Shown one piece after another: positions 48,935 to 62,119 of a stretch of 64,000 nucleotides of DNA (positions within the stretch are counted from its first letter, which is position 1; every line of letters starts with the position of its first letter). Origin of the DNA: Xylographa opegraphella (Eukaryota); NCBI GenBank assembly GCA_022813865.1, contig JALDZX010000034.1, positions 124,001-188,000 of the forward strand. Reading direction: 5' to 3'. The position numbers and the translations under genes were made by a program. The notes under the pieces were generated by a model. It ran no database searches. It was not told the origin of the DNA and saw only the letters and a list, made by a program, of their open reading frames with translations.

Positions 48935-49564
48935 TGTGCATATAGAGTGCCAGGAGTGGCAGTGTAATGGCAAGGTTTGGGAGCACTTCGTACAAGACTT
49001 ATGAGTTAAAACTCTGTGGCCTTGTTCGGATTATAACGCAATATATTCCTCTACAACTCCAGATAGCTGGAAAGCCACCACTTTTGGCTAATTCAAGCAG
49101 TCGATGTTGCAGCACAGGCAGAATCCCTTGATGTCCATTTTACCTTAGTCTAGACTTTGATCAGCACCACAACTACAAATCCAATGTCTCCTCACTTCAT
49201 GCACAACCTAACTACCATTGACTTGACATTCGCATATCTGCCAATCTTTATGAGCCTAGCCAGTGTTAGCAACTTCATTGCTTATTACATACGAGGTCTG
49301 CTTCAACAACCGTTCCGCAATTTCCAGAATTGAACTCATACCGAAACGCGTCAGGGTTCTTATTACCGACTCGAGGCATAAGGCTATACAATCTATCTTT
49401 GAATGTGACGCTTCGGTTGTGAGAAAAAAGAAACAATTGCCTCGGACTCAATCGGCAATTTAAACGCACAGCTCCTTCCGATTGGAATCTGTACCTTGAG
49501 TTACCATTAACGGTTCGTGCAAGTATAATTCTTTGCTCTCACCTGGCTCACTTGAGTCCAGAAA

Positions 49565-50578
49565 ATGTCAAACAGGCCTGACAGTTTCTCGTTCGTGCAC
49601 CTCCCACCAGAGATACGGTACAATATCTACAGGCTGCTCTTTGATCTTCCTAGCAAGGGAGCCAACTATATCGTTTACCCGAACGCTCTCCCGTCGATTT
49701 GCAAGCGGACGAGAGGATGTTCTTCCTACGAATCTGGTCTAGGACTACTCAGAGTCTGTAGATCTGTACATACTGAAGCTACAGCGTTGGTTTACACTCG
49801 CACTCCATTTGCTTTCAGCGATGGACCGGGCAAGTTCTTTACGCCCACCAAACATGATAGGGTCTCTCACTGCAGTATCCACTCCATGTATACATTCTTA
49901 CACATAATCGGTGCACGAAATCGTGGGTTTATTCGGTACATAAGCATAAGGCTTAGTAACCCTCGTTACCTATATTACGACCACGAAGTCGTCCCAGGCT
50001 TCGCTCAGATAGCCAACGAGGGGAACTCCCTCGGGGATGCCTTTGAATTACTTTCCTCCCATCACTCGCTACGGACGATCGTCTTCTTCCTCGAAAAGTC
50101 TACCGTGTATCAGACAGGAGACTTACCGAGTCTCCTTCACCACCTGCTACGTCCAGTGCAGGACTCGAGACTACTGCAGCAGCTGACCAAGATACGGGGA
50201 GGGGTAAAATTGAGTATCCGCGGCCTTTCGAAGACCGAGCTCACGGTACCGGAAGAGCTCCAGATACTGTGCGGGACGCTGAAGTCACTCTTGAGTTCGC
50301 CCAAGGAGAGTAAGTCCGTTCCAGAAGAGCTTCTGCGCGTAGAGGATGGCAAGCATGATATCGTGCAGAAGGTGCTTGGTGCCTCGAAGCGCTACTCGGA
50401 TGTGGTGCAGCGGATTGAGGTCGCGCAGAAACGGATTGGAGAGTGGGAAGCCCTTAAAGGGCAAATCGAGGCTGCCAAGGAGCAGGTCAAGAGCTTGACA
50501 GCAGAGAAGCAAGCTATCGAGAAGGGATTTCAAGATCTTCAGGAGCGTGCCGCAGTACTTCCTGTTCTCCTTGATTAA
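49565..50578 (+). CDS. Hypothetical protein with N-terminal F-box-like motif and C-terminal coiled coil, 337 aa
   Basis: FSFVHLPPEIRYNIYRLLF and LLRVCRSVHTEATALVY match the common fungal LPxEIR / LLxxCRxxxxEA family; heptad-rich C-terminus. Confidence 0.75.
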   Translation: MSNRPDSFSFVHLPPEIRYNIYRLLFDLPSKGANYIVYPNALPSICKRTRGCSSYESGLGLLRVCRSVHTEATALVYTRTPFAFSDGPGKFFTPTKHDRVSHCSIHSMYTFLHIIGARNRGFIRYISIRLSNPRYLYYDHEVVPGFAQIANEGNSLGDAFELLSSHHSLRTIVFFLEKSTVYQTGDLPSLLHHLLRPVQDSRLLQQLTKIRGGVKLSIRGLSKTELTVPEELQILCGTLKSLLSSPKESKSVPEELLRVEDGKHDIVQKVLGASKRYSDVVQRIEVAQKRIGEWEALKGQIEAAKEQVKSLTAEKQAIEKGFQDLQERAAVLPVLLD

Positions 50579-51228
50579 TCATTCGAGTGGAGGGGGGAAT
50601 GCGGTGAGGTGGTGCGTTGTACGTATACTCGCCTTCCGTCACAGGAAAGACTTGGTGCTGTTCGGCTGACTGGAAGCAGGAAGAATTTTTGACAATACTA
50701 GTGTCGTATGAGGCCCCACTGACGAGCGTTACGTGACATAAAAATGAAAGTCACTGCGTATGTATGGAGGAATTAACCTCTACTATGATGATTGATCCCG
50801 CGTTGAAGCGAAAGTTTACACTGCTGGTCATTTTTACATAAAAATCTTGCCTGATCAGAGAAGATTTTCATGTGATCTGTCACTTAGCATAGCGGTGTGT
50901 ATAACGAAGTGACTGATGTGGCATTCGCAATACGGGTGCAATTTCTATCTCTTAATATAGAACTGCCAAATTCTTCACTCCCTATGCGTTTCGCTTCCAT
51001 CCTCCCTCACGATCAAAGATTTAAGCCTTTGCCCGTCATGCCCTCCATTACAAGTGCAGATATCAGCTATTATAACGAATGACAAAAAAATACAGCCCGA
51101 GATACTCCGCATCGGCCTGTCGAATGTTAAACGCCGCAATCAATGGGGCCGAAAATTACCCCCACGATGCACCTAGCCATGCCGTTATGCAGAGCAAGTC
51201 GTCAGAATGAGTGTCGTATCACGGTAGC

Positions 51229-51889
51229 TCACAGGAAGTAAGTAGCTAGTCCCAGGAGGCCCGCGAGACCCAGCCCGGAAGCGGTGACGACCTTGTGGGC
51301 AGCACCCTCAAAAGGGGTTGAAGATGCTGTGGGGGGAAGTCCAACGGATGCAGCAGAGGTGGCTGGTATGGCGGCAGCAGTAGAGCTGTTAGCGTAGGAA
51401 GGTCCGGAGACTGGAGAGCTGACGATCGGAATTGCCGCCGCGCTGGTCGAGACGGCAGAACTGAACAGTGTTAGCTTCAACGAAGGGAAACATGCCAGCG
51501 GGCAGGAATACCAGGTGGTGCAAGGGAGAGTTGTCGGCGAGGGAACTGTCTTGGTCACGGTGCAAGGACAATTCGTGATGGTCAACGTGGTAGCCTGCAG
51601 CGAGAAGAGTTAGCCACATATCATCTTGCAGGAATGCTCGTTGGGGGTGTGTTGAGGCCGGATCTCGACGTGACGAACGGTGAGCAGCCTCTAATCAGCT
51701 TGCTAGCCAAACAAAGGACGTTCATACCTCAGTAGCAGTGTAAGTCTGGTTTCCATGCACGATCGAAGTGGCAGCCGGGCAGTAGGTGGTGTACGCCGTG
51801 ACCACTTCGGTTGTGTAGACCACGGTACCATTCCATTGGGCAGACACGCCAGCCACAAGAAGAGCAGCAACAGCAATGGCGAAACGCAT
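51229..51889 (-). CDS. ccg-6: GPI-anchored cell-wall protein, Ccg-6/Mmc-like; exons 51889-51728, 51594-51512, 51460-51229
   Basis: Signal peptide MRFAIAVAALLVAGVSA, motif YTTEVVTAYTTYCP...TYTATEATTLTITNCPCTVTK, Ser/Ala/Thr-rich stalk, FEGAA omega region and hydrophobic C-terminus. Confidence 0.85.
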
Positions 51890-52701
51890 CTTGATCAAAT
51901 TGTCAGGTAACTGATCGAACGAACGTGTGGTATGATTTTGATCCTGAATTAAGGGTATTGATCGAACGAGCGTGTGTTATGAACTTGGTCCTTGAACGAA
52001 GGTATTGAAGTTGGCAAGGTCGTCAAGTTTTTATTGATCAAAGAACGTGGTTGCAAACGAAAAGTGCCAAAGGAGCGAAACCGGTCACGGCCGGTATAAA
52101 TAGAAATAGCTGGTGAAAGAGCGTGTTGTGGTAGAAGGAACGAAGGGAGGACACGGAGGTATCTACTCGAGCCAAACATCCCTTCTTGTTCACATCCCTT
52201 GCTCCCCCAACGTCCGTACCTGGCACTAGCGGCGGCTGTGAGGCGTAATGTCTGTTTCAAAGGCGCCTCATGAGTTCCTGTGATGACGGTAACGACGAAG
52301 AGCTGGAGCACCTCACCTTGCTGAATCCGACGTGCAGCACGCATTTCTAGTGCATCAAAATCACAAACTCTCGGAGTCCTTGCATGTTCTCGCAATCATT
52401 CTCAGCTCGAGCCCTTTAACCGCATGTAATTTTCCTGGCCGACCGCCTTCTTCATGAAGTTCAGGAGATTGATCTTTGGGTGATACGATACACGTGGGTA
52501 GAAGTGCACAAAGGTCCAGCATCGCAGCCAATAGTTTCTTCATCTGGGATGGTGGTGGAAGCTATCAGCCGTTGCGTATATCATTGACTTTTTGAGCTGG
52601 TCAGCATGCAAAGCAGGGAGAGTTGAGATTCGTAGATAGGCAAACGGAAAGAACGAGATCACGGCATCGTCCTTGATATGTGTTTGGTCGATCAGCGCAA
52701 T

Positions 52702-53633
52702 CTATGAAGGTTTGCCTTGCCACTCTGTCAACCTCCGCGCTACTTCGAGTAAGCCTTTCTCGTCACCATCGCCGTCGTCCAGGCCCACCCAAAGATCCGT
52801 CCAACCCTCGACCCTGGCTTTTTCGACATCCTCTTTGCTCCACGTGTCTTCATTCTCCCGCTCCACATAGATGGTTCTCAGTCCACACTCGCGAGCGGCT
52901 TTCAAATCAGCCAGATGAGCGGCAATCAAAGTACACTCGCCCGGTTCCAAGCCGAGCTCCTTCACCGCACCGTTGTATACTTGCGGAGCTGGCTTGTAGG
53001 CCCCAAACTGCTCCGACGAGAAGATGCGAGACCACGGCAGGTGGGCAAAGGCAGCCATATCAGCGAGGAGGGAATTGTTACCGTTGGACAGTGCACACGT
53101 CGGGATACCCAGCTTTTTGATCCTTTCCAGGCCGGAAGTCGAGTCCGGCCATGCGATCAGGAAATGCCAGATCAGGCTGATCTCCTTGATCTCATCTTCA
53201 GACCAAAGGCCATGCAGCTGATGCTCGTCCAATAAAGATATGAGGGAGTCATGATGGTGCTGGTCTACTGTTTTGAAGGATTGACTATCGTCGCCTGATG
53301 ATGAGGTTGAGGCCGTATAGTTTTGCGTGAATTTCCAGTACGAGTCCCGCCATTTCTGTGCGAAGGCTGACCAATCGACCGTGGAAGCTTGGAGTCGAGT
53401 TGCGGAAGGGAGGGAGAGCGTGGGCGAGGAGAGCGTGCTGGCAGCACGCGACCTGAGACTTTCAGTGACGGTCAGCCTCCAGTTGACAACGGTGCCGAAG
53501 ACCTGCGACACACACCGTTGGTTAGCCGGTTCACAATGCGAGGGGTGGGACGAAGGATCAACAGCCAGCTGGGAGAATAAGCGGCACGAACATCGCAAAG
53601 CACTGCCTTTGGCTGGATAATCCCCGACGCCAT
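52702..53633 (-). CDS. Haloacid dehalogenase type II (HAD superfamily); exons 53633-53592, 53502-52702
   Basis: Spliced N-terminus MASGIIQPKAVLCDVFGTVVNWR (motif I), LSNGN, YKPAPQVY, AAHLADLKAA motifs. Confidence 0.9.
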
Positions 53634-54513
53634 GCTTCAGCACTTTCGGCCCCTTGACGAGCTTTTGAACGGTGGTTTCACAGCACGTTGACCACAAAAA
53701 GCATCATGGACCTTGACTTTTCACACAATGGTAGTATTTGACTTTTGTGGTTACTTCCAGGCCGGGTCCTGGCATTTAACAACTTATTTCGAGTCCATCC
53801 GGCGTGTGCCGGTTATGTGGTCAGACTTATCCCGTACCTGCACTGCTCTCCTCCCAGACGAACCAGCTTCACTCACTAAGAAACTGCCTAAGGTAGAATA
53901 GTGAATCTACCTAGTGACTGCACCCCGACCTTCCTAATGCAGCTCGGCGGCACGTTGCATCGCGACGACGCTTCCATCGCGGCCAACGCATTTGACTTTT
54001 GTTCGGGTGAGATGGGCGAGATTGGCGAGGTTAGCATGTACATACATACATAAGAGACGGTGTGGTCAGGCCAGGCAAGAGACCCAGGAAGGCGAGGGGG
54101 AAGCTCGGAGAAGTCCAGACCGACTGTGGTATTGAAGGAAACAGTTGCACATTATCACCACGGGGACCCAATGGCAGTCGTTCATGTACTGAATCGTGGA
54201 ACTGAGATTGGAATTGGTGCACTTGTCACAAGGGAGGGAGAGGGTACCTCAACGACGACAGGAATGATTGTGATCGGACTTTGCATTTTCCTACATGAAT
54301 AATAATGCGGTGTCACTCTCCGACGGAGATTGTCCGGAATGATTGGAGATCATTGATTGGACTCAATGTGCAGGGAGAGAGCGGCGATAGGACACCAGCT
54401 CTCTCTCAATTCACGGATCAGCTTTGTTTGGCCTGACCTCCGTCGCTCATGGCCGTGGCTCCCCACTCCAAAGCGCACAGTGCTGTAGTTCTCCAATATC
54501 ACTCCCGACATGG

Positions 54514-54555
54514 CTGCCCTCTGCCCTCTGCCCTCTGCCCTCTGCCCGCTGCCCT
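54514..54555. repeat. 7-bp tandem repeat (CTGCCCT) x6
   Basis: ctgccctctgccctctgccctctgccctctgcccgctgccct read directly. Confidence 0.9.
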
Positions 54556-55681
54556 TCAACGTCGTGCGAGAGTCGCACTGACGATAGGACGACGGTGGTG
54601 TGGCTGAAACACCACCAACTGGCTCCTCTCCTTCCGTGCAAAAAGGTCCCAGTAGTTCTCCAGTTAGTGCTACCACGCTCTTCCCGGCTTCCATGGGGCC
54701 AGCTCCCCGACTGGCTTGCGTCGACCGCCCAGGCCCACTGACCGTCGTTCTTCCTGCTCTTTCTGCTCGTCCTGATTCGTCCTGACTCGTCCTCCCTCGC
54801 AGGCCTGTCAGAATACCACAAGTAGTGTCGGACGGACGCCCAGTTGGTGCAGGTGCCAGCTGCTGGTCTGGGTGTCGTGCAATTTCTCCCCGGATCCCTC
54901 CCAACGCCTGCTTCCTCCCTGTCGTGCTAACCTCAACGCTTGTCCAGATCAAGGGAGCTTCCATCCCCCACGGACCGATCAACGATTCAACTACCGGCCT
55001 CTCTACCTGCAGCCTGCCTGTCCAAAATTTGATCCACGGCCCCGTTCGTTCGCAGGGACGCCTCGATGCTTCTGCATGCTTCGCGATGTCCCGACGAGGA
55101 CGGTAGTACCGCTTCGACGATCTAGGGCGCCGGGGCCCGTGGTTGATGGGATATTGCTTAGGTGTGTAACTCTCATGGATTCCATGCCTATCCCACGCTT
55201 CTCTCCTGCAGATAGGCTTTGGGCCGTTGTCAATTAAGTTGAGCGGTCTTGCAGAGTAGTGAACTCTTTCACTAGGGCGAGTGCGCGGGTGGTCCTTCAA
55301 CACACGCGTTCCTGCTTTAGTAGTCCGACACCCATTACATGCTGACCTCTTACAGACTTTTATGCAGTCAGATCTTTCCCGCGTTTTATTACATCTACAT
55401 TCTAAGGATCTGCCGTCCATTCGGCCAGAGCGTTGCTCACAGCATTGCGCCTACACACTTGCAACGGGAAGAGAATAGCAATTGCATATAATACTCAAGC
55501 AAGAAGCTTTGAGACATCGTTTGGTCCGCGCCAACGGCGGCCGAGTCGCCCAGTCCCTGCCCGCTCATATTGAGATATGCACCGAGCGGCTGTTGCAGTT
55601 GCCTTTGCCCTGGACTAATCAGCATATCCGCTTCGTGAGATAGATCAGCATTTCCTCAGCGTGCAGCCTCAGCTGTTTCCG

Positions 55682-58600
55682 ATGGTAGAAACTCTGTCCG
55701 GTGCAATGGCACTGGGAGCCGGATTCCCGACGATGGCGGAGGTGTCACCTACCCAACTGGAAACACCTCATAGAACTCCATCCTTTGGGATGTCTCCCCA
55801 GTCTTCTCGTCACGGCTCGAGCTCGCCAGTGTTGTCATCCTCACCACCATCAATCCCACCGTGGGGTGACCGCTCTATCACCGAGAACCGAGATCAAGAC
55901 ATCAGCAATGACGAGAAAATATCCATTCTGGATCCCAGAAGGTTCACCCCGAGCCTCCATGCCTCTCTCGTCTCCGAGATCCTTTCCCTGCGGCGAGAGG
56001 TCGAAAGCAAGAATGGCCTTGTTCTTGGTTTGGAGGAGAGTCTACACGGTCTCAAGGACGAAAATGACAGACTCAACGATGCTATTGTTGGTAATACCAA
56101 AGAAAATCGATCCATGAAGCGACAAATGGAACTGCTGGAAGGAGGTACACTGTCGGCGCTGGAGGATGTGGCCAAAGAGAGAGACCAAGCACAAGAAGTT
56201 CTTGCCGATACTCGACGGCGTTTAGAGGTGTCTCAAAGGAAGCTCCGAAGCCAAGAAGAGGAGGCTGATCGATCACACATCCTGTGGGAAGGAGACAGGC
56301 AAAAATGGGCCGCAGAGAAAACTGCTTTAGATCGAAAGGTCCACGCTGTTGAGGCCCGTTTGAAGTCGGTTCTTGTGGACGTCGAAGCAGCTCACGCGAA
56401 TCAGCAGCAAAGCCTCTGTACATACGACCAGGCTGAGAATTACGATCACGAAGGTATGCCTGCAACACAGTCACAATCAAGGTCGAGCCACTACAGGCAC
56501 GATAGCACGACGAGCAGCGGCTCTCATCCTGCACAAGAACCACGCAACCACAGATATTCCCAATTCGTTGAATCTCGAGGTTCAACATTTGTGGGTGCGA
56601 CATTGGCTGAAGAACTTGTTTTCGATGAGGACGACGAAGCAGATCACGAAGATAGTGATGTTGACGCTGGCTATATTTCTCCGGAAGCTTTGCCCGAAGA
56701 GGCGATCCACCGACCAAGAGCATTTTCTGCTCAATCCCACCATGAGTCTACAAAGGCCCGAAAGGTGCTGGGTCTCACCATCGAGGATGACAGTATGGCC
56801 CAACGCGAGACGAATGAGAAAACCCAACTGAGCATGATCTCCGAAGTGCCGAATGTGGAACCGCCAAGTATTGCTGCCCACCCATCAAATTATACCAGCA
56901 CTGCGACGCAATTCTCTCCACCAGCCTCGCCCCGAAAGCGACCGCTGGATCGAAGTGCACTTACAGATAGCGCGTTCAAGGTGGCGATGGTTTCTCAAAG
57001 TTGTCAAACGGTTGATTTACCACTCAGCCCTCCCGATACCCCCATAACATCTGAATCCGGAACATTTGCCTCAGACCGCACTTTCCAGATTGCGGAACTG
57101 AAGACAACGTCTACACAGACAGACGATTGGCAGTTCCCTTCGAATGCGGTTGAAACAGCTGCACATGGAAATTCCACAGCCATCAATGATATCCCAATCA
57201 TCGCCATACACCCGCCAATCACGAACACAAGCGTTTCAAGGAGCAGCGTAGTGTTACCTCCGCATACCAAAAATGCTTCCTGTCAGGTTTCGTTGCGGCC
57301 TATGTCGTTGCGGTCGATATCTGTCCAGACCGAAGAGATAAGAATTGACAACCGGCCCGTGAAGTTACCGCACCATCTTTTGCCGTCTTCTATTTCATCC
57401 TGTCCACCGTCACCAGCACCCGAATCGCAAGACTTGAACGATTTTGCTCCAAAGCGAACTTCAACATCGAGAATTGTTGCGATGCCAGACAAGGGTTTAT
57501 CCGTGCAAACAGCGGCTTCCAATGACGCTCTACCTTATGGCGCCACCGAGGATGCGTATCCAGGTAACAACGATAATGGATCTTTAAAGCATGCAATGGG
57601 AGGTGGTCCAAAACGCCCAATCCGATCCGAAAGCCTGTTTGCAGGATTTGACAATGTCGCGGATGCCGAGAACGCTGGTGGATCGGGAATGATGGACGAT
57701 GCAGATTATAGTGACGATAGCTTTGACGAAAAGAAGCCGATTCGCAAAACTCTGTCAAAAGTGCAGAATTCTTGGAAATTGGTCCCACAAACAGGTGAAT
57801 CAGGGGAGAGTCGTCCCGACTCGCGTAGGCAAAATACATCACAGTCAACTCAGCCGGACGGAAACAATGGTCGAATGACCGTGCGAATACCAGCGTCTGA
57901 AAAGGGGCTTGCTGCACTGGAAAGTGTGAAAGAGTATAGAACAGAAAAAGTTCCCAGACCTACACCCGCCACCAGGCAACCCGATATGAGGCGCGCCGCT
58001 ATGATATCCAGTGGTACCATAGCACACGTACAGCGGCCTCGTAGTCCCAGCGCTCCTGATCCTGCTGCTCCGCCTTTCCCGGTGCCTACACGAGCAAGCT
58101 CAAGGAGGATTCCACTAAGTGCAAGTGAAGGCGCCAGCAGCCCAACTCCACAGTCCACAACCTTCTTCAGTGGACAGATGCGAAAAGAGCATGGCAGACC
58201 CCCTATCAAGAGACCGGTACTACGGAAAGTTAGATCAGCCGCTCCTATTGCACAGTCTCCGCACGACGGTTTCAATAGGAACCGAAGTCGCTCACCACCA
58301 CCTCCAACACCAGGTTCGCCTGTTCCACCAAGCCCCCAATTACCTCCTCCGCTTCCCAAGGACGCGATCGTCTCTCCGGCTCGTGAGACATTTTCCCAGG
58401 CAGCGCATCGCAACCAGTCATCGAACGCAACCGCGGCGATTCCACAGCAGACAAGCGTGGTGGATGCAATTGCTCAGACGATGATTGGAGAGTGGATGTG
58501 GAAATACGTTCGGAAGCGGAAGTCGTTCGGTATCACGGAGTCTCCTGCCGTTGAGTTTGAAAGTGGACGTACTGGAAATGACGGTGGGTCGGTCAACGGT

Positions 58601-59727
58601 ATAAGACATAAGCGCTGGGTATGGCTTGCTCCTTATGAGCGTGCCATCATGTGGAGTAGTAAGCAACCAACATCGGGGTCGGCCCTCATGGGTAAAAGTG
58701 GCAGGAAGCGTAAGTGACACTCCTGAAGCGCATACGTAGAGCCCACTAACATCGTCCAGTTGCAATTCAATCCGTACTGGATGTCCGGGATGATACTCCG
58801 ATGCCTAAGAATGCAGATGCGAGTTCAACTTTTGGCCGGTCCATCCTTATCCTCACCCCTCAGCGAGCGCTGAAATTCACTGCCCTGACGAAGGAGCGTC
58901 ACTACGTTTGGCTTGCGGCACTTTCGTTTCTAAGTCATTCGAGCCTTGGCGCTGACGATCTGTCGACACTGCCACCCGTGCCACCAAAGGAGGTCTACCG
59001 CCCCGCCGACCAGAGATCTACGGCGGTGCTCCGCCGTAATCCAATCCGAGACTCGATCCGGCTTGCAAAGGGACAGTCACGTCCGGATATCGGTGCTCGA
59101 CGAGCATATACAACTCCCTCGAATGAACTGCATAGTAAAGTCATCAACGAGTATGCTGGAAGCTTTGTACAACAAGAGCACGAGGAGGCCGCGGAACCTC
59201 CATTGGTCCCGCGCTTTGCTGCTCACACCCGTCATCGAAGTAACACGGGTCCCAAACCGGCACCATCAAACTCCTACCGAGCCTTCCCTACCATTAGCAA
59301 GTCGTCCAATCGAAGCTTCACTGCAGCGTCGTATGACACTTCCGTGTATGCATGGTCAAACTCGGAGCGACCTGGCCTTGGCAGCATGCACAGCAGCGTG
59401 CCTAGGCGAACGCACGGCGATTCGTCCACATTCACCAGCGACGTCGAGACTGCTAATTTCTTCGATGCGATGGGCACTGTTCGGATGGAGGCATTTGTCG
59501 ATCGAACGCGCGGAATGGAGAACGATTATGTGCGGACGCAACGTGCCCGCGACGAGCGTTCCGGGAGCCGACAGCATGAGAGGCCGGAGGAAGAGTGGAA
59601 GAGGCCACCCAGGAATAGTTACAGAACGAGGCAGGGGAGGAAAAAGGACATGAGCTATTGGGGTGCCAACCAGGAGGTCAACAGGGCAGAGGACGGGTTC
59701 TTGAAGGACCCTTTTGAGGGATTCTAG
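55682..59727 (+). CDS. Num1/ApsA/Mcp5-like cortical protein (N-terminal coiled coil, C-terminal PH domain); exons 55682-58709, 58760-59727
   Basis: Coiled coil after ILDPRRFTPSLHASLVSEIL; Mcp5-type PH domain AIAQTMIGEWMWKYVR...RHKRWVWLAPYERAIMWS...SILILTPQRALKFTALTKERHYVWLAALSFL. Exact start ATG uncertain. Confidence 0.85.
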
Positions 59728-62119
59728 GTGGTGCACTGCACAGAGCAAGGTAATCTGATCGAATTGAACTTGTGATACCCCGCTTGGCCATGTTGGATAG
59801 GCTCAGGGCTTCGAGGTGTTTGGGCCAGGGCCAGGCAGGATGACGGTCCTTCGGGAACACGACGGATCGTCGTGAGGGCTCGATTTGGGGCGGACACGTT
59901 GCCCGGGGGGACAGTCCATACTCTGTTGATTGTCCTAATATGTAATCTAGTTCCTTATGAGAACAATATTTTTTGGGTAGAGCGCAAAAGCAGCAGCTCG
60001 TCGGTCAACCTGCTGATTTGGTGCTTTTTTGAGATCGTCCTCCACATTTCCTCCCCACCAACCCCCCGTTATGCATTCCATGTCTGCCCATCGAACCTAG
60101 CGCAACATGCTCCTCCCGGCCAAGCTGGTGCCCGCCACGGAACTCCGCCCCGCTATGCTCCCGGTATCGTCCAGCAGAGCACCCCTCTCGACACGGCTCT
60201 CGCTTCCGCCGGACGCAGGCCTCGATCCCGCAGCGTCGTGGCTGCGGACTTGCCTGATGGCCGGGGCCACCACCGTGGCGGCGGCCAGACAGCCACCCAT
60301 GTGCAGGAGGCGGACTTCCCATGGCCATTCTTTGCTCCTGGAGGCACACTCAGTCAGTCAGTCAGGTCTGGGGTGGGAGCGCGGCGGGGGGGAGGGGAAT
60401 GCGGGTCGGCTATGTGTATTTGACGTGATGGGAACGAGCGGAAAACGTACCGTCTCCGCGCCACCTGGATAGTTTCCCGCAGCGAGTGGCTGTCTCCGCC
60501 TGGCTTCCGGGCCGGCAAGGAAGATGGGGGCCGGCAGGAGGGGAGTGCCACGCCCGGGGCGAGGGGCGAGGACTTCTGCGGCTGCTGCTGCTGCTGCTGC
60601 GCCATCGGACCCTGTCTTGACTTGACTTGGCTTGCGGCACTCGTCAACGATAAAGGCAACGGCGGAGGAAGAAACCGATACGGGTGTGGGAGTGGGCGGG
60701 GCCGCTCATCGGACAGGAAGGGGCGAATGTGTTTTGTCGGTCTATCGGCAGTGATGATCACGCATGACTTCAATATCAGAGACGGACACTTTCCCCCCCG
60801 CCGAGGCCACTAGCACTTTGCAGCTCGGATCTTCTCCGCGTTGGATAAAGTCGGTGTTATTATTGCGCATCATCCACGGTACAAGTCGTGTCCATGTGTC
60901 GTCGTCGGGACATACTCTCCCCGCCGGGTGTCATGCGGATTGATATTGCATTGGCGGAGGCGGCTCCGTGGATTGCGATCTCCCCGTCCTTGGGTCGTCA
61001 ATCAGTACTGTAAGGTAAACTATTTTGCGCATGGCCAATGGCTCAGGGTAGAAGTTTCCCGACTCTTCACAACGATCTAGATGGGGCAGGGAAGCACGCG
61101 CACAGGATCAATGTTGTTCTACAAAACACGCCACTCTCCTCGTCTACATTATCTTGGTGGCGCCGAGTTTTACATAAGAAGCCGGCACAAACATTCAAAC
61201 GATCGTCACGTATCTCATGGCCTTTGGACTCTGGGGCTTGGATAGAGATAATGCACCGTCTATTCTGTTTGAAGTTTGCACATTTGAAAGCTGTGTCAAG
61301 GTGGGCAACATCTGTAGTACTTGGAAAACCTCGGTGGCTCTACGGCACGAATGAGTGTGAAGCTGCCGCAAACCCATCTGGCAGATCATTCTTCAGTCCT
61401 TTTGAAACAGCAGCAAGTCATTGACGTAGAGAAGGCGTTATTGAATCAAGCATAGCCGCAGCCAACGGTTGAGACATGCCAAAATCGGGTCTCTGGAGAC
61501 TAGATACCAGGATGGGTGGAGTCTCTGTCAAGCTACTTGGGAACTTGGCTGGAGGAAGTGCGCACGAAGTCTTCCCACAGATGTCTCAAGTGTTGATAAA
61601 ACAGGCAGAATGTTAATATCAGGGTATTTCGGCGAAATACTTCATACTTCGAAGATCCAGAACGTGATCCGATGGACAAATAACTCCCCGCCCATTGAAG
61701 TCAGTCCATCTGCATCCCGACATGTCCCGTAGATCACATGATGGTCCGAAACGCCTTTACCTCTATTGTGCCATAAACACCCATGCTGTCTGGTACTTTT
61801 AGATCCTTGTTGGGATCATACGAAATTGCAAATTCTTTCCTTGGCAACCGAAATGTAAGAATATAAAGGGGTCCTCCCGATAGCCATGAGTTGTTGTCCA
61901 AGGTTGTGCGGGCAGTATCGCCGGGCGGTCCAGATGGAGAAAGCCAGGTTTGAACCAACTGGCAGGAATGAAGGTATATACAAAACAGATCCTGGGGTAT
62001 GCTTAATCGTCAGAGTCTTTGTGAATTCCGAGGAGAAAGTTTTCGTTTAGACAATCGGACCTCTTTCTCCCAGTATCGTCATGGGTAGGAACGGATGTGA
62101 ACGGTAGTCAAACCAAATT

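Noticed and set aside
50856..50866. CAGAGAAGATT resembling the U6 snRNA core
   Set aside because: Flanking U6 sequence (AGCATGGCCCCTG) is absent; chance match.
54350..55420. 356-aa minus-strand ORF
   Set aside because: Arg/Gly-rich antisense-type composition spanning a tandem repeat in a GC-rich promoter region; no recognisable domain.
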